A stretch of 64,000 bases of DNA from Auanema rhodensis. Taxonomy: Eukaryota; Animalia; Nematoda. This document shows, in pieces, positions 24,820 through 38,900 of this stretch (its first letter is position 1; each line of letters starts with the position of its first letter). Position numbers and translations under genes: made by a program. Under the pieces are notes generated by a model. It saw only the letters and a program-made list of their open reading frames with translations, did not search any database and had not been told where the DNA came from. The stretch spans positions 1-64,000 of the forward strand of contig CAXKVF010000102.1 in the NCBI GenBank assembly GCA_964057225.1, written 5' to 3'.

Positions 24820-27800
24820 TAACTCGCTTCACGTGAAAGATAAAGAGATGCGGTTTTCAAAATTAGATTCCCCATGTCCATATTAGTCTAAAAACAAATT
24901 TTTATTGATATTGGTTCATGGTAACCATGACTTTGAAATTTACGTGAACTTTAATTTATGCTAATTAAATGTACACGTGATGTGCACTTGGTATGTAATT
25001 CGCTTCACGTGAAAGATAAAGAGATGCGGTTTTCAAAATTAGATTCCCCATGTCCATATTAGTCTAAAAACAAATTTTTATTGATATTGGTTCATGGTAA
25101 ACATGACTTTGAAATTTACGTGAACTTTAATTTATGCTAATTAAATGTACACGTGATGTGCACTTGGTATGTAACTCGCTTCACGTGAAAGATAAAGAGA
25201 TGCGGTTTTCAAAATTAGATTCCCCATGTCCATATTAGTCTAAAAACCAATTTTTTTTGATATTGGTGCATGGTAACCATGACTTTGAAATTTACGTGAA
25301 CTTTAATTTATGCTAATTAAATGTACACGTGATGTGCACTTGGTATGTAACTCGCTTCACGTGAAAGATAAAGAGATGCGGTTTTCAAAATTAGATTCCC
25401 CATGTCCATATTAGTCTAAAAACAAATTTTTATTGATATTGGTTCATGGTAACCATGACTTTGAAATTTACGTGAACTTTAATTTATGCTAATTAAATGT
25501 ACACGTGATGTGCACTTGGTATGTAACTCGCTTCACGTGAAAGATAAAGAGATGCGGTTTTCAAAATTAGATTCCCCATGTCCATATTAGTCTAAAAACA
25601 AATTTTTATTGATATTGGTTCATGGTAAACATGACTTTGAAATTTACGTGAACTTTAATTTATGCTAATTAAATGTACACGTGATGTGCACTTGGTATGT
25701 AACTCGCTTCACGTGAAAGATAAAGAGATGCGGTTTTCAAAATTAGATTCCCCATGTCCATATTAGTCTAAAAACAAATTTTTATTGATATTGGTTCATG
25801 GTAAACATGACTTTGAAATTTACGTGAACTTTAATTTATGCTAATTAAATGTACACGTGATGTGCACTTGGTATGTAACTCGCTTCACGTGAAAGATAAA
25901 GAGATGCGGTTTTTAAAATTAGATTCTCCATGTCCATATTAGTCTAAAAACCAATTTTTATTGATATTGGTGCATGGTAACCATGACTTTGAAATTTACG
26001 TGAACTTTAATTTATGCTAATTAAATGTACATGTGATGTGCACTTGGTATGTAACTCGCTTCACGTGAAAGATAAAGAGATGCGGTTTTCAAAATTAGAT
26101 TCCCCATGTCCATATTAGTCTAAAAACCAATTTTTATTGTTATTGGTGCATGGTAACCATGACTTTGAAATTTACGTGAACTTTAATTTATGCTAATTAA
26201 ATGTACACGTGATGTGCACTTGGTATGTAACTCGCTTCACGTGAAAGATAAAGAGATGCGGTTTTCAAAATTAGATTCCCCATGTCCATATTAGTCTAAA
26301 AACCAATTTTTTTTGATATTGGTGCATGGTAACCATGACTTTGAAATTTACGTGAACTTTAATTTATGCTAATTAAATGTACACGTGATGTGCACTTGGT
26401 ATGTAACTCGCTTCACGTGAAAGATAAAGAGATGCGGTTTTCAAAATTAGATTCCCCATGTCCATATTAGTCTAAAAACAAATTTTTATTGATATTGGTT
26501 CATGGTAACCATGACTTTGAAATTTACGTGAACTTTAATTTATGCTAATTAAATGTACACGTGATGTGCACTTGGTATGTAACTCGCTTCACGTGAAAGA
26601 TAAAGAGATGCGGTTTTCAAAATTAGATTCCCCATGTCCATATTAGTCTAAAAACAAATTTTTATTGATATTGGTTCATGGTAAACATGACTTTGAAATT
26701 TACGTGAACTTTAATTTATGCTAATTAAATGTACACGTGATGTGCACTTGGTATGTAACTCGCTTCACGTGAAAGATAAAGAGATGCGGTTTTCAAAATT
26801 AGATTCCCCATGTCCATATTAGTCTAAAAACAAATTTTTATTGATATTGGTTCATGGTAAACATGACTTTGAAATTTACGTGAACTTTAATTTATGCTAA
26901 TTAAATGTACACGTGATGTGCACTTGGTATGTAACTCGCTTCACGTGAAAGATAAAGAGATGCGGTTTTTAAAATTAGATTCTCCATGTCCATATTAGTC
27001 TAAAAACCAATTTTTATTGATATTGGTGCATGGTAACCATGACTTTGAAATTTACGTGAACTTTAATTTATGCTAATTAAATGTACATGTGATGTGCACT
27101 TGGTATGTAACTCGCTTCACGTGAAAGATAAAGAGATGCGGTTTTCAAAATTAGATTCCCCATGTCCATATTAGTCTAAAAACCAATTTTTATTGTTATT
27201 GGTGCATGGTAACCATGACTTTGAAATTTACGTGAACTTTAATTTATGCTAATTAAATGTACACGTGATGTGCACTTGGTATGTAACTCGCTTCACGTGA
27301 AAGATAAAGAGATGCGGTTTTCAAAATTAGATTCCCCATGTCCATATTAGTCTAAAAACAAATTTTTATTGATATTGGTTCATGGTAACCATGACTTTGA
27401 AATTTACGTGAACTTTAATTTATGCTAATTAAATGTACACGTGATGTGCACTTGGTATGTAACTCGCTCTACGTGAAAGATAAAGAGATGCGGTTTTCAA
27501 AATTAGATTCCCCATGTCCATATTAGTCTAAAAACAAATTTTTATTGATATTGGTTCATGGTAACCATGACTTTGAAATTTACGTGAACTTTAATTTATG
27601 CTAATTAAATGTACACGTGATGTGCACTTGGTATGTAACTCGCTTCACGTGAAAGATAAAGAGATGCGGTTTTCAAAATTAGATTCCCCATGTCCATATT
27701 AGTCTAAAAACAAATTTTTATTGATATTGGTTCATGGTAACCATGACTTTGAAATTTACGTGAACTTTAATTTATGCTAATTAAATGTACACGTGATGTG

Positions 27801-30451
27801 CACTTGGTATGTAATTCGCTTCACGTGAAAGATAAAGAGATGCGGTTTTCAAAATTAGATTCCCCATGTCCATATTAGTCTAAAAACAAATTTTTATTGA
27901 TATTGGTTCATGGTAAACATGACTTTGAAATTTACGTGAACTTTAATTTATGCTAATTAAATGTACACGTGATGTGCACTTGGTATGTAACTCGCTTCAC
28001 GTGAAAGATAAAGAGATGCGGTTTTCAAAATTAGATTCCCCATGTCCATATTAGTCTAAAAACCAATTTTTTTTGATATTGGTGCATGGTAACCATGACT
28101 TTGAAATTTACGTGAACTTTAATTTATGCTAATTAAATGTACACGTGATGTGCACTTGGTATGTAACTCGCTTCACGTGAAAGATAAAGAGATGCGGTTT
28201 TCAAAATTAGATTCCCCATGTCCATATTAGTCTAAAAACAAATTTTTATTGATATTGGTTCATGGTAACCATGACTTTGAAATTTACGTGAACTTTAATT
28301 TATGCTAATTAAATGTACACGTGATGTGCACTTGGTATGTCACTCGCTTCACGTGAAAGATAAAGAGATGCGGTTTTCAAAATTAGATTCCCCATGTCCA
28401 TATTAGTCTAAAAACAAATTTTTATTGATATTGGTTCATGGTAAACATGACTTTGAAATTTACGTGAACTTTAATTTATGCTAATTAAATGTACACGTGA
28501 TGTGCACTTGGTATGTAACTCGCTTCACGTGAAAGATAAAGAGATGCGGTTTTCAAAATTAGATTCCCCATGTCCATATTAGTCTAAAAACAAATTTTCA
28601 TTGATATTGGTTCATGGTAAACATGACTTTGAAATTTACGTGAACTTTAATTTATGCTAATTAAATGTACACGTGATGTGCACTTGGTATGTAACTCGCT
28701 TCACGTGAAAGATAAAGAGATGCGGTTTTTAAAATTAGATTCTCCATGTCCATATTAGTCTAAAAACCAATTTTTATTGATATTGGTGCATGGTAACCAT
28801 GACTTTGAAATTTACGTGAACTTTAATTTATGCTAATTAAATGTACATGTGATGTGCACTTGGTATGTAACTCGCTTCACGTGAAAGATAAAGAGATGCG
28901 GTTTTCAAAATTAGATTCCCCATGTCCATATTAGTCTAAAAACCAATTTTTATTGTTATTGGTGCATGGTAACCATGACTTTGAAATTTACGTGAACTTT
29001 AATTTATGCTAATTAAATGTACACGTGATGTGCACTTGGTATGTAACTCGCTTCACGTGAAAGATAAAGAGATGCGGTTTTCAAAATTAGATTCCCCATG
29101 TCCATATTAGTCTAAAAACCAATTTTTTTTGATATTGGTGCATGGTAACCATGACTTTGAAATTTACGTGAACTTTAATTTATGCTAATTAAATGTACAC
29201 GTGATGTGCACTTGGTATGTAACTCGCTTCACGTGAAAGATAAAGAGATGCGGTTTTCAAAATTAGATTCCCCATGTCCATATTAGTCTAAAAACAAATT
29301 TTTATTGATATTGGTTCATGGTAACCATGACTTTGAAATTTACGTGAACTTTAATTTATGCTAATTAAATGTACACGTGATGTGCACTTGGTATGTAACT
29401 CGCTTCACGTGAAAAATAAAGAGATGCGGTTTTCAAAATTAGATTCCCCATGTCCATATTAGTCTAAAAACAAATTTTTATTGATATTGGTTCATGGTAA
29501 ACATGACTTTGAAATTTACGTGAACTTTAATTTATGCTAATTAAATGTACACGTGATGTGCACTTGGTATGTAACTCGCTTCACGTGAAAGATAAAGAGA
29601 TGCGGTTTTCAAAATTAGATTCCCCATGTCCATATTAGTCTAAAAACAAATTTTTATTGATATTGGTTCATGGTAAACATGACTTTGAAATTTACGTGAA
29701 CTTTAATTTATGCTAATTAAATGTACACGTGATGTGCACTTGGTATGTAACTCGCTTCACGTGAAAGATAAAGAGATGCGGTTTTTAAAATTAGATTCTC
29801 CATGTCCATATTAGTCTAAAAACCAATTTTTATTGATATTGGTGCATGGTAACCATGACTTTGAAATTTACGTGAACTTTAATTTATGCTAATTAAATGT
29901 ACATGTGATGTGCACTTGGTATGTAACTCGCTTCACGTGAAAGATAAAGAGATGCGGTTTTCAAAATTAGATTCCCCATGTCCATATTAGTCTAAAAACC
30001 AATTTTTATTGTTATTGGTGCATGGTAACCATGACTTTGAAATTTACGTGAACTTTAATTTATGCTAATTAAATGTACACGTGATGTGCACTTGGTATGT
30101 AACTCGCTTCACGTGAAAGATAAAGAGATGCGGTTTTCAAAATTAGATTCCCCATGTCCATATTAGTCTAAAAACAAATTTTTATTGATATTGGTTCATG
30201 GTAACCATGACTTTGAAATTTACGTGAACTTTAATTTATGCTAATTAAATGTACACGTGATGTGCACTTGGTATGTAACTCGCTCTACGTGAAAGATAAA
30301 GAGATGCGGTTTTCAAAATTAGATTCCCCATGTCCATATTAGTCTAAAAACAAATTTTTATTGATATTGGTTCATGGTAACCATGACTTTGAAATTTACG
30401 TGAACTTTAATTTATGCTAATTAAATGTACACGTGATGTGCACTTGGTATG
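24820..30451. repeat. 16-monomer (2816 bp) tandem duplication, each copy containing an internal 6-monomer duplication
   Basis: C4T 24999/27815, A85T 25256/28072 and 26312/29128, A89T 26140/28956 and 27196/30012, TC>CT 27469/30285: all 2816 bp apart. The internal pairs are 1056 bp apart. Confidence 0.92.
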
Positions 30452-33400
30452 TAACTCGCTTCACGTGAAAGATAAAGAGATGCGGTTTTCAAAATTAGAT
30501 TCCCCATGTCCATATTAGTCTAAAAACAAATTTTTATTGATATTGGTTCATGGTAAACATGACTTTGAAATTTACGTGAACTTTAATTTATGCTAATTAA
30601 ATGTACACGTGATGTGCACTTGGTATGTAACTCGCTTCACGTGAAAGATAAAGAGATGCGGTTTTCAAAATTAGATTCCCCATGTCCATATTAGTCTAAA
30701 AACAAATTTTTATTGATATTGGTTCATGGTAAACATGACTTTGAAATTTACGTGAACTTTAATTTATGCTAATTAAATGTACACGTGATGTGCACTTGGT
30801 AAGTAACTCGCTTCACGTGAAAGATAAAGAGATGCGGTTTTCAAAATTAGATTCCCCATGTCCATATTAGTCTAAAAACAAATTTTTATTGATATTGGTT
30901 CATGGTAAACATGACTTTGAAATTTACGTGAACTTTAATTTATGCTAATTAAATGTACACGTGATGTGCACTTGGTATGTAACTCGCTTCACGTGAAAGA
31001 TAAAGAGATGCGGTTTTCAAAATTAGATTCCCCATGTCCATATTAGTCTAAAAACAAATTTTTATTGATATTGGTTCATGGTAACCATGACTTTGAAATT
31101 TACGTGAACTTTAATTTATGCTAATTAAATGTACACGTGATGTGCACTTGGTATGTAACTCGCTTCACGTGAAAGATAAAGAGATGCGGTTTTCAAAATT
31201 AGATTCCCCATGTCCATATTAGTCTAAAAACAAATTTTTATTGATATTGGTTCATGGTAACCATGACTTTGAAATTTACGTGAACTTTAATTTATGCTAA
31301 TTAAATGTACACGTGATGTGCACTTGGTATGTAACTCGCTTCACGTGAAAGATAAAGAGATGCGGTTTTCAAAATTAGATTCCCCATGTCCATATTAGTC
31401 TAAAAACAAATTTTTATTGATATTGGTTCATGGTAAACATGACTTTGAAATTTACGTGAACTTTAATTTATGCTAATTAAATGTACACGTGATGTGCACT
31501 TGGTAAGTAACTCGCTTCACGTGAAAGATAAAGAGATGCGGTTTTCAAAATTAGATTCCCCATGTCCATATTAGTCTAAAAACAAATTTTTATTGATATT
31601 GGTTCATGGTAAACATGACTTTGAAATTTACGTGAACTTTAATTTATGCTAATTAAATGTACACGTGATGTGCACTTGGTAAGTAACTCGCTTCACGTGA
31701 AAGATAAAGAGATGCGGTTTTCAAAATTAGATTCCCCATGTCCATATTAGTCTAAAAACAAATTTTTATTGATATTGGTTCATGGTAAACATGACTTTGA
31801 AATTTACGTGAACTTTAATTTATGCTAATTAAATGTACACGTGATGTGCACTTGGTATGTAACTCGCTTCACGTGAAAGATAAAGAGATGCGGTTTTCAA
31901 AATTAGATTCCCCATGTCCATATTAGTCTAAAAACAAATTTTTATTGATATTGGTTCATGGTAACCATGACTTTGAAATTTACGTGAACTTTAATTTATG
32001 CTAATTAAATGTACACGTGATGTGCACTTGGTATGTAACTCGCTTCACGTGAAAGATAAAGAGATGCGGTTTTCAAAATTAGATTCCCCATGTCCATATT
32101 AGTCTAAAAACAAATTTTTATTGATATTGGTTCATGGTAAACATGACTTTGAAATTTACGTGAACTTTAATTTATGCTAATTAAATGTACACGTGATGTG
32201 CACTTGGTAAGTAACTCGCTTCACGTGAAAGATAAAGAGATGCGGTTTTCAAAATTAGATTCCCCATGTCCATATTAGTCTAAAAACAAATTTTTATTGA
32301 TATTGGTTCATGGTAAACATGACTTTGAAATTTACGTGAACTTTAATTTATGCTAATTAAATGTACACGTGATGTGCACTTGGTATGTAACTCGCTTCAC
32401 GTGAAAGATAAAGAGATGCGGTTTTTAAAATTAGATTCCCCATGTCCATATTAGTCTAAAAACCAATTTTTATTGATATTGGTGCATGGTAACCATGACT
32501 TTGAAATTTACGTGAACTTTAATTTATGCTAATTAAATGTACACGTGATGTGCACTTGGTATGTAACTCGCTTCACGTGAAAGATAAAGAGATGCGGTTT
32601 TCAAAATTAGATTCCCCATGTCCATATTAGTCTAAAAACAAATTTTTATTGATATTGGTTCATGGTAACCATGACTTTGAAATTTACGTGAACTTTAATT
32701 TATGCTAATTAAATGTACACGTGATGTGCACTTGGTATGTAACTCGCTTCACGTGAAAGATAAAGAGATGCGGTTTTCAAAATTAGATTCCCCATGTCCA
32801 TATTAGTCTGAAAACAAATTTTTATTGATATTGGTTCATGGTAAACATGACTTTGAAATTTACGTGAACTTTAATTTATGCTAATTAAATGTACACGTGA
32901 TGTGCACTTGGTATGTAACTCGCTTCACGTGAAAGATAAAGAGATGCGGTTTTCAAAATTAGATTCCCCATGTCCATATTAGTCTAAAAACCAATTTTTA
33001 TTGTTATTGGTGCATGGTAACCATGACTTTGAAATTTACGTGAACTTTAATTTATGCTAATTAAATGTACACGTGATGTGCACTTGGTATGTAACTCGCT
33101 TCACGTGAAAGATAAAGAGATGCGGTTTTCAAAATTAGATTCCCCATGTCCATATTAGTCTAAAAACAAATTTTTATTGATTTTGGTTCATGGTAAACAT
33201 GACTTTGAAATTTACGTGAACTTTAATTTATGCTAATTAAATGTACACGTGATGTGCACTTGGTATGTAACTCGCTTCACGTGAAAGATAAAGAGATGCG
33301 GTTTTCAAAATTAGGTTCCCCATGTCCATATTAGTCTAAAAACCAATTTTTATTGTTATTGGTGCATGGTAACCATGACTTTGAAATTTACGTGAACTTT

Positions 33401-35907
33401 AATTTATGCTAATTAAATGTACACGTGATGTGCACTTGGTATGTAACTCGCTTCACGTGAAAGATAAAGAGATGCGGTTTTCAAAATTAGATTCCCCATG
33501 TCCATATTAGTCTAAAAACAAATTTTTATTGATATTGGTTCATGGTAACCATGACTTTGAAATTTACGTGAACTTTAATTTATGCTAATTAAATGTACAC
33601 GTGATGTGCACTTGGTATGTAACTCGCTTCACGTGAAAGATAAAGAGATGCGGTTTTCAAAATTAGATTCCCCATGTCCATATTAGTCTAAAAACAAATT
33701 TTTATTGATATTGGTTCATGGTAACCATGACTTTGAAATTTACGTGAACTTTAATTTATGCTAATTAAATGTACACGTGATGTGCACTTGGTATGTAACT
33801 CGCTTCACGTGAAAGATAAAGAGATGCGGTTTTCAAAATTAGATTCCCCATGTCCATATTAGTCTAAAAACAAATTTTTATTGATATTGGTTCATGGTAA
33901 ACATGACTTTGAAATTTACGTGAACTTTAATTTATGCTAATTAAATGTACACGTGATGTGCACTTGGTATGTAACTCGCTTCACGTGAAAGATAAAGAGA
34001 TGCGGTTTTCAAAATTAGATTCCCCATGTCCATATTAGTCTAAAAACAAATTTTTTTTGATATTGGTTCATGGTAAACATGACTTTGAAATTTACGTGAA
34101 CTTTAATTTATGCTAATTAAATGTACACGTGATGTGCACTTGGTAAGTAACTCGCTTCACGTGAAAGATAAAGAGATGCGGTTTTCAAAATTAGATTCCC
34201 CATGACCATATTAGTCTAAAAACAAATTTTTATTGATATTGGTTCATGGTAAACATGACTTTGAAATTTACGTGAACTTTAATTTATGCTAATTAAATGT
34301 ACACGTGATGTGCACTTGGTATGTAACTCGCTTCACGTGAAAGATAAAGAGATGCGGTTTTCAAAATTAGATTCCCCATGTCCATATTAGTCTAAAAACA
34401 AATTTTTATTGATATTGGTTCATGGTAAACATGACTTTGAAATTTACGTGAACTTTAATTTATGCTAATTAAATGTACACGTGATGTGCACTTGGTATGT
34501 AACTCGCTTCACGTGAAAGATAAAGAGATGCGGTTTTCAAAATTAGATTCCCCATGTCCATATTAGTCTAAAAACAAATTTTTATTGATATTGGTGCATG
34601 GTAACCATGACTTTGAAATTTACGTGAACTTTAATTTATGCTAATTAAATGTACACGTGATGTGCACTTGGTATGTAACTCGCTTCACGTGAAAGATAAA
34701 GAGATGCGGTTTTCAAAATTAGATTCCCCATGTCCATATTAGTCTAAAAACAAATTTTTTTTGATATTGGTTCATGGTAAACATGACTTTGAAATTTACG
34801 TGAACTTTAATTTATGCTAATTAAATGTACACGTGATGTGCACTTGGTATGTAACTCGCTTCACGTGAAAGATAAAGAGATGCGGTTTTCAAAATTAGAT
34901 TCCCCATGTCCATATTAGTCTAAAAACCAATTTTTATTGATATTGGTGCATGGTAACCATGACTTTGAAATTTACGTGAACTTTAATTTATGCTAATTAA
35001 ATGTACACGTGATGTGCACTTGGTATGTAACTCGCTTCACGTGAAAGATAAAGAGATGCGGTTTTCAAAATTAGATTCCTCATGTCCATATTAGTCTAAA
35101 AACAAATTTTTATTGATATTGGTTCATGGTAAACATGACTTTGAAATTTACGTGAACTTTAATTTATGCTAATTAAATGTACACGTGATGTGCACTTGGT
35201 ATGTAACTCGCTTCACGTGAAAGATAAAGAGATGCGGTTTTCAAAATTAGATTTCCCATGTCCATATTAGTCTAAAAACAAATTTTTATTGATATTGGTG
35301 CATGGTAACCATGACTTTGAAATTTACGTGAACTTTAATTTATGCTAATTAAATGTACACGTGATGTGCACTTGGTATGTAACTCGCTTCACGTGAAAGA
35401 TAAAGAGATGCGGTTTTCAAAGTTAGATTTCCCATGTCCATATTAGTCTAAAAACAAATTTTTATTGATATTGGTGCATGGTAACCATGACTTTGAAATT
35501 TACGTGAACTTTAATTTATGCTAATTAAATGTACACGTGATGTGCACTTGGTATGTAACTCGCTTCACGTAAAAGATAAAGAGATGCGGTTTTCAAAATT
35601 AGATTCCCCATGTCCATATTAGTCTAAAAACAAATTTTTATTGATATTGGTTCATGGTAAACATGACTTTGAAATTTACGTGAACTTTAATTTATGCTAA
35701 TTAAATGTACACGTGATGTGCACTTGGTATGTAACTCGCTTCACGTGAAAGATAAAGAGATGCGGTTTTCAAAATTAGATTCCCCATGTCCATATTAATC
35801 TAAAAACAAATTTTTATTGATATTGGTTCATGGTAAACATGACTTTGAAATTTACGTGAACTTTAATTTATGCTAATTAAATGTACACGTGATGTGCACT
35901 TGGTATG
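30100..35907. repeat. ~33-monomer block duplicated at 39779-45410 (offset 54-55 monomers)
   Basis: Markers at a 9503-bp offset: C39T 32426/41929, A91T 33181/42684, A48G 33315/42818, T58A 34205/43708, C51T 35254/44757, A43G 35422/44925, G16A 35571/45074, G67A 35798/45301. TC>CT at 30285/39964 is offset by one extra monomer. Confidence 0.92.
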
Positions 35908-38900
35908 TAACTCGCTTCACGTGAAAGATAAAGAGATGCGGTTTTCAAAATTAGATTCCCCATGTCCATATTAGTCTAAAAACAAATTTTTATTGATATT
36001 GGTTCATGGTAAACATGACTTTGAAATTTACGTGAACTTTAATTTATGCTAATTAAATGTACACGTGATGTGCACTTGGTATGTAACTCGCTTCACGTGA
36101 AAGATAAAGAGATGCGGTTTTCAAAATTAGATTCCCCATGTCCATATTAGTCTAAAAACAAATTTTTATTGATATTGGTTCATGGTAAACATGACTTTGA
36201 AATTTACGTGAACTTTAATTTATGCTAATTAAATGTACATGTGATGTGCACTTGGTATGTAACTCGCTTCACGTGAAAGATAAAGAGATGCGGTTTTCAA
36301 AATTAGATTCCCCATGTCCATATTAGTCTAAAAACCAATTTTTATTGTTATTGGTGCATGGTAACCATGACTTTGAAATTTACGTGAACTTTAATTTATG
36401 CTAATTAAATGTACACGTGATGTGCACTTGGTATGTAACTCGCTTCACGTGAAAGATAAAGAGATGCGGTTTTCAAAATTAGATTCCCCATGTCCATATT
36501 AGTCTAAAAACAAATTTTTATTGATATTGGTTCATGGTAACCATGACTTTGAAATTTACGTGAACTTTAATTTATGCTAATTAAATGTACACGTGATGTG
36601 CACTTGGTATGTAACTCGCTCTACGTGAAAGATAAAGAGATGCGGTTTTCAAAATTAGATTCCCCATGTCCATATTAGTCTAAAAACAAATTTTTATTGA
36701 TATTGGTTCATGGTAACCATGACTTTGAAATTTACGTGAACTTTAATTTATGCTAATTAAATGTACACGTGATGTGCACTTGGTATGTAACTCGCTTCAC
36801 GTGAAAGATAAAGAGATGCGGTTTTCAAAATTAGATTCCCCATGTCCATATTAGTCTAAAAACAAATTTTTATTGATATTGGTTCATGGTAAACATGACT
36901 TTGAAATTTACGTGAACTTTAATTTATGCTAATTAAATGTACACGTGATGTGCACTTGGTATGTAACTCGCTTCACGTGAAAGATAAAGAGATGCGGTTT
37001 TCAAAATTAGATTCCCCATGTCCATATTAGTCTAAAAACAAATTTTTATTGATATTGGTTCATGGTAAACATGACTTTGAAATTTACGTGAACTTTAATT
37101 TATGCTAATTAAATGTACACGTGATGTGCACTTGGTAAGTAACTCGCTTCACGTGAAAGATAAAGAGATGCGGTTTTCAAAATTAGATTCCTCATGTCCA
37201 TATTAGTCTAAAAACAAATTTTTATTGATATTGGTTCATGGTAAACATGACTTTGAAATTTACGTGAACTTTAATTTATGCTAATTAAATGTACACGTGA
37301 TGTGCACTTGGTATGTAACTCGCTTCACGTGAAAGATAAAGAGATGCGGTTTTCAAAATTAGATTCCCCATGTCCATATTAGTCTAAAAACAAATTTTTA
37401 TTGATATTGGTTCATGGTAACCATGACTTTGAAATTTACGTGAACTTTAATTTATGCTAATTAAATGTACACGTGATGTGCACTTGGTATGTAACTCGCT
37501 TCACGTGAAAGATAAAAAGATGCGGTTTTCAAAATTAGATTCCCCATGTCCATATTAGTCTAAAAACAAATTTTTATTGATATTGGTGCATGGTAACCAT
37601 GACTTTGAAATTTACGTGAACTTTAATTTATGCTAATTAAATGTACACGTGATGTGCACTTGGTATGTAACTCGCTTCACGTGAAAGATAAAGAGATGCG
37701 GTTTTCAAAATTAGATTCCCCATGTCCATATTAGTCTAAAAACAAATTTTTATTGATATTGGTTCATGGTAAACATGACTTTGAAATTTACGTGAACTTT
37801 AATTTATGCTAATTAAATGTACACGTGATGTGCACTTGGTATGTAACTCGCTTCACGTGAAAGATAAAGAGATGCGGTTTTCAAAATTAGATTCCCCATG
37901 TCCATATTAGTCTAAAAACAAATTTTTATTGATATTGGTTCATGGTAAACATGACTTTGAAATTTACGTGAACTTTAATTTATGCTAATTAAATGTACAC
38001 GTGATGTGCACTTGGTAAGTAACTCGCTTCACGTGAAAGATAAAGAGATGCGGTTTCAAAATTAGATTCCTCATGTCCATATTAGTCTAAAAACAAATTT
38101 TTATTGATATTGGTTCATGGTAAACATGACTTTGAAATTTACGTGAACTTTAATTTATGCTAATTAAATGTACACGTGATGTGCACTTGGTATGTAACTC
38201 GCTTCACGTGAAAGATAAAGAGATGCGGTTTTCAAAATTAGATTCCCCATGTCCATATTAGTCTAAAAACAAATTTTTATTGATATTGGTTCATGGTAAC
38301 CATGACTTTGAAATTTACGTGAACTTTAATTTATGCTAATTAAATGTACACGTGATGTGCACTTGGTATGTAACTCGCTTCACGTGAAAGATAAAGAGAT
38401 GCGGTTTTCAAAATTAGATTCCCCATGTCCATATTAGTCTAAAAACAAATTTTTATTGATATTGGTTCATGGTAACCATGACTTTGAAATTTACGTGAAC
38501 TTTAATTTATGCTAATTAAATGTACACGTGATGTGCACTTGGTATGTAACTCGCTTCACGTGAAAGATAAAGAGATGCGGTTTTCAAAATTAGATTCCCC
38601 ATGTCCATATTAGTCTAAAAACAAATTTTTATTGATATTGGTTCATGGTAAACATGACTTTGAAATTTACGTGAACTTTAATTTATGCTAATTAAATGTA
38701 CACGTGATGTGCACTTGGTAAGTAACTCGTTTCACGTGAAAGATAAAGAGATGCGGTTTTCAAAATTAGATTCCCCATGTCCATATTAGTCTAAAAACAA
38801 ATTTTTATTGATATTGGTTCATGGTAAACATGACTTTGAAATTTACGTGAACTTTAATTTATGCTAATTAAATGTACACGTGATGTGCACTTGGTAAGTA

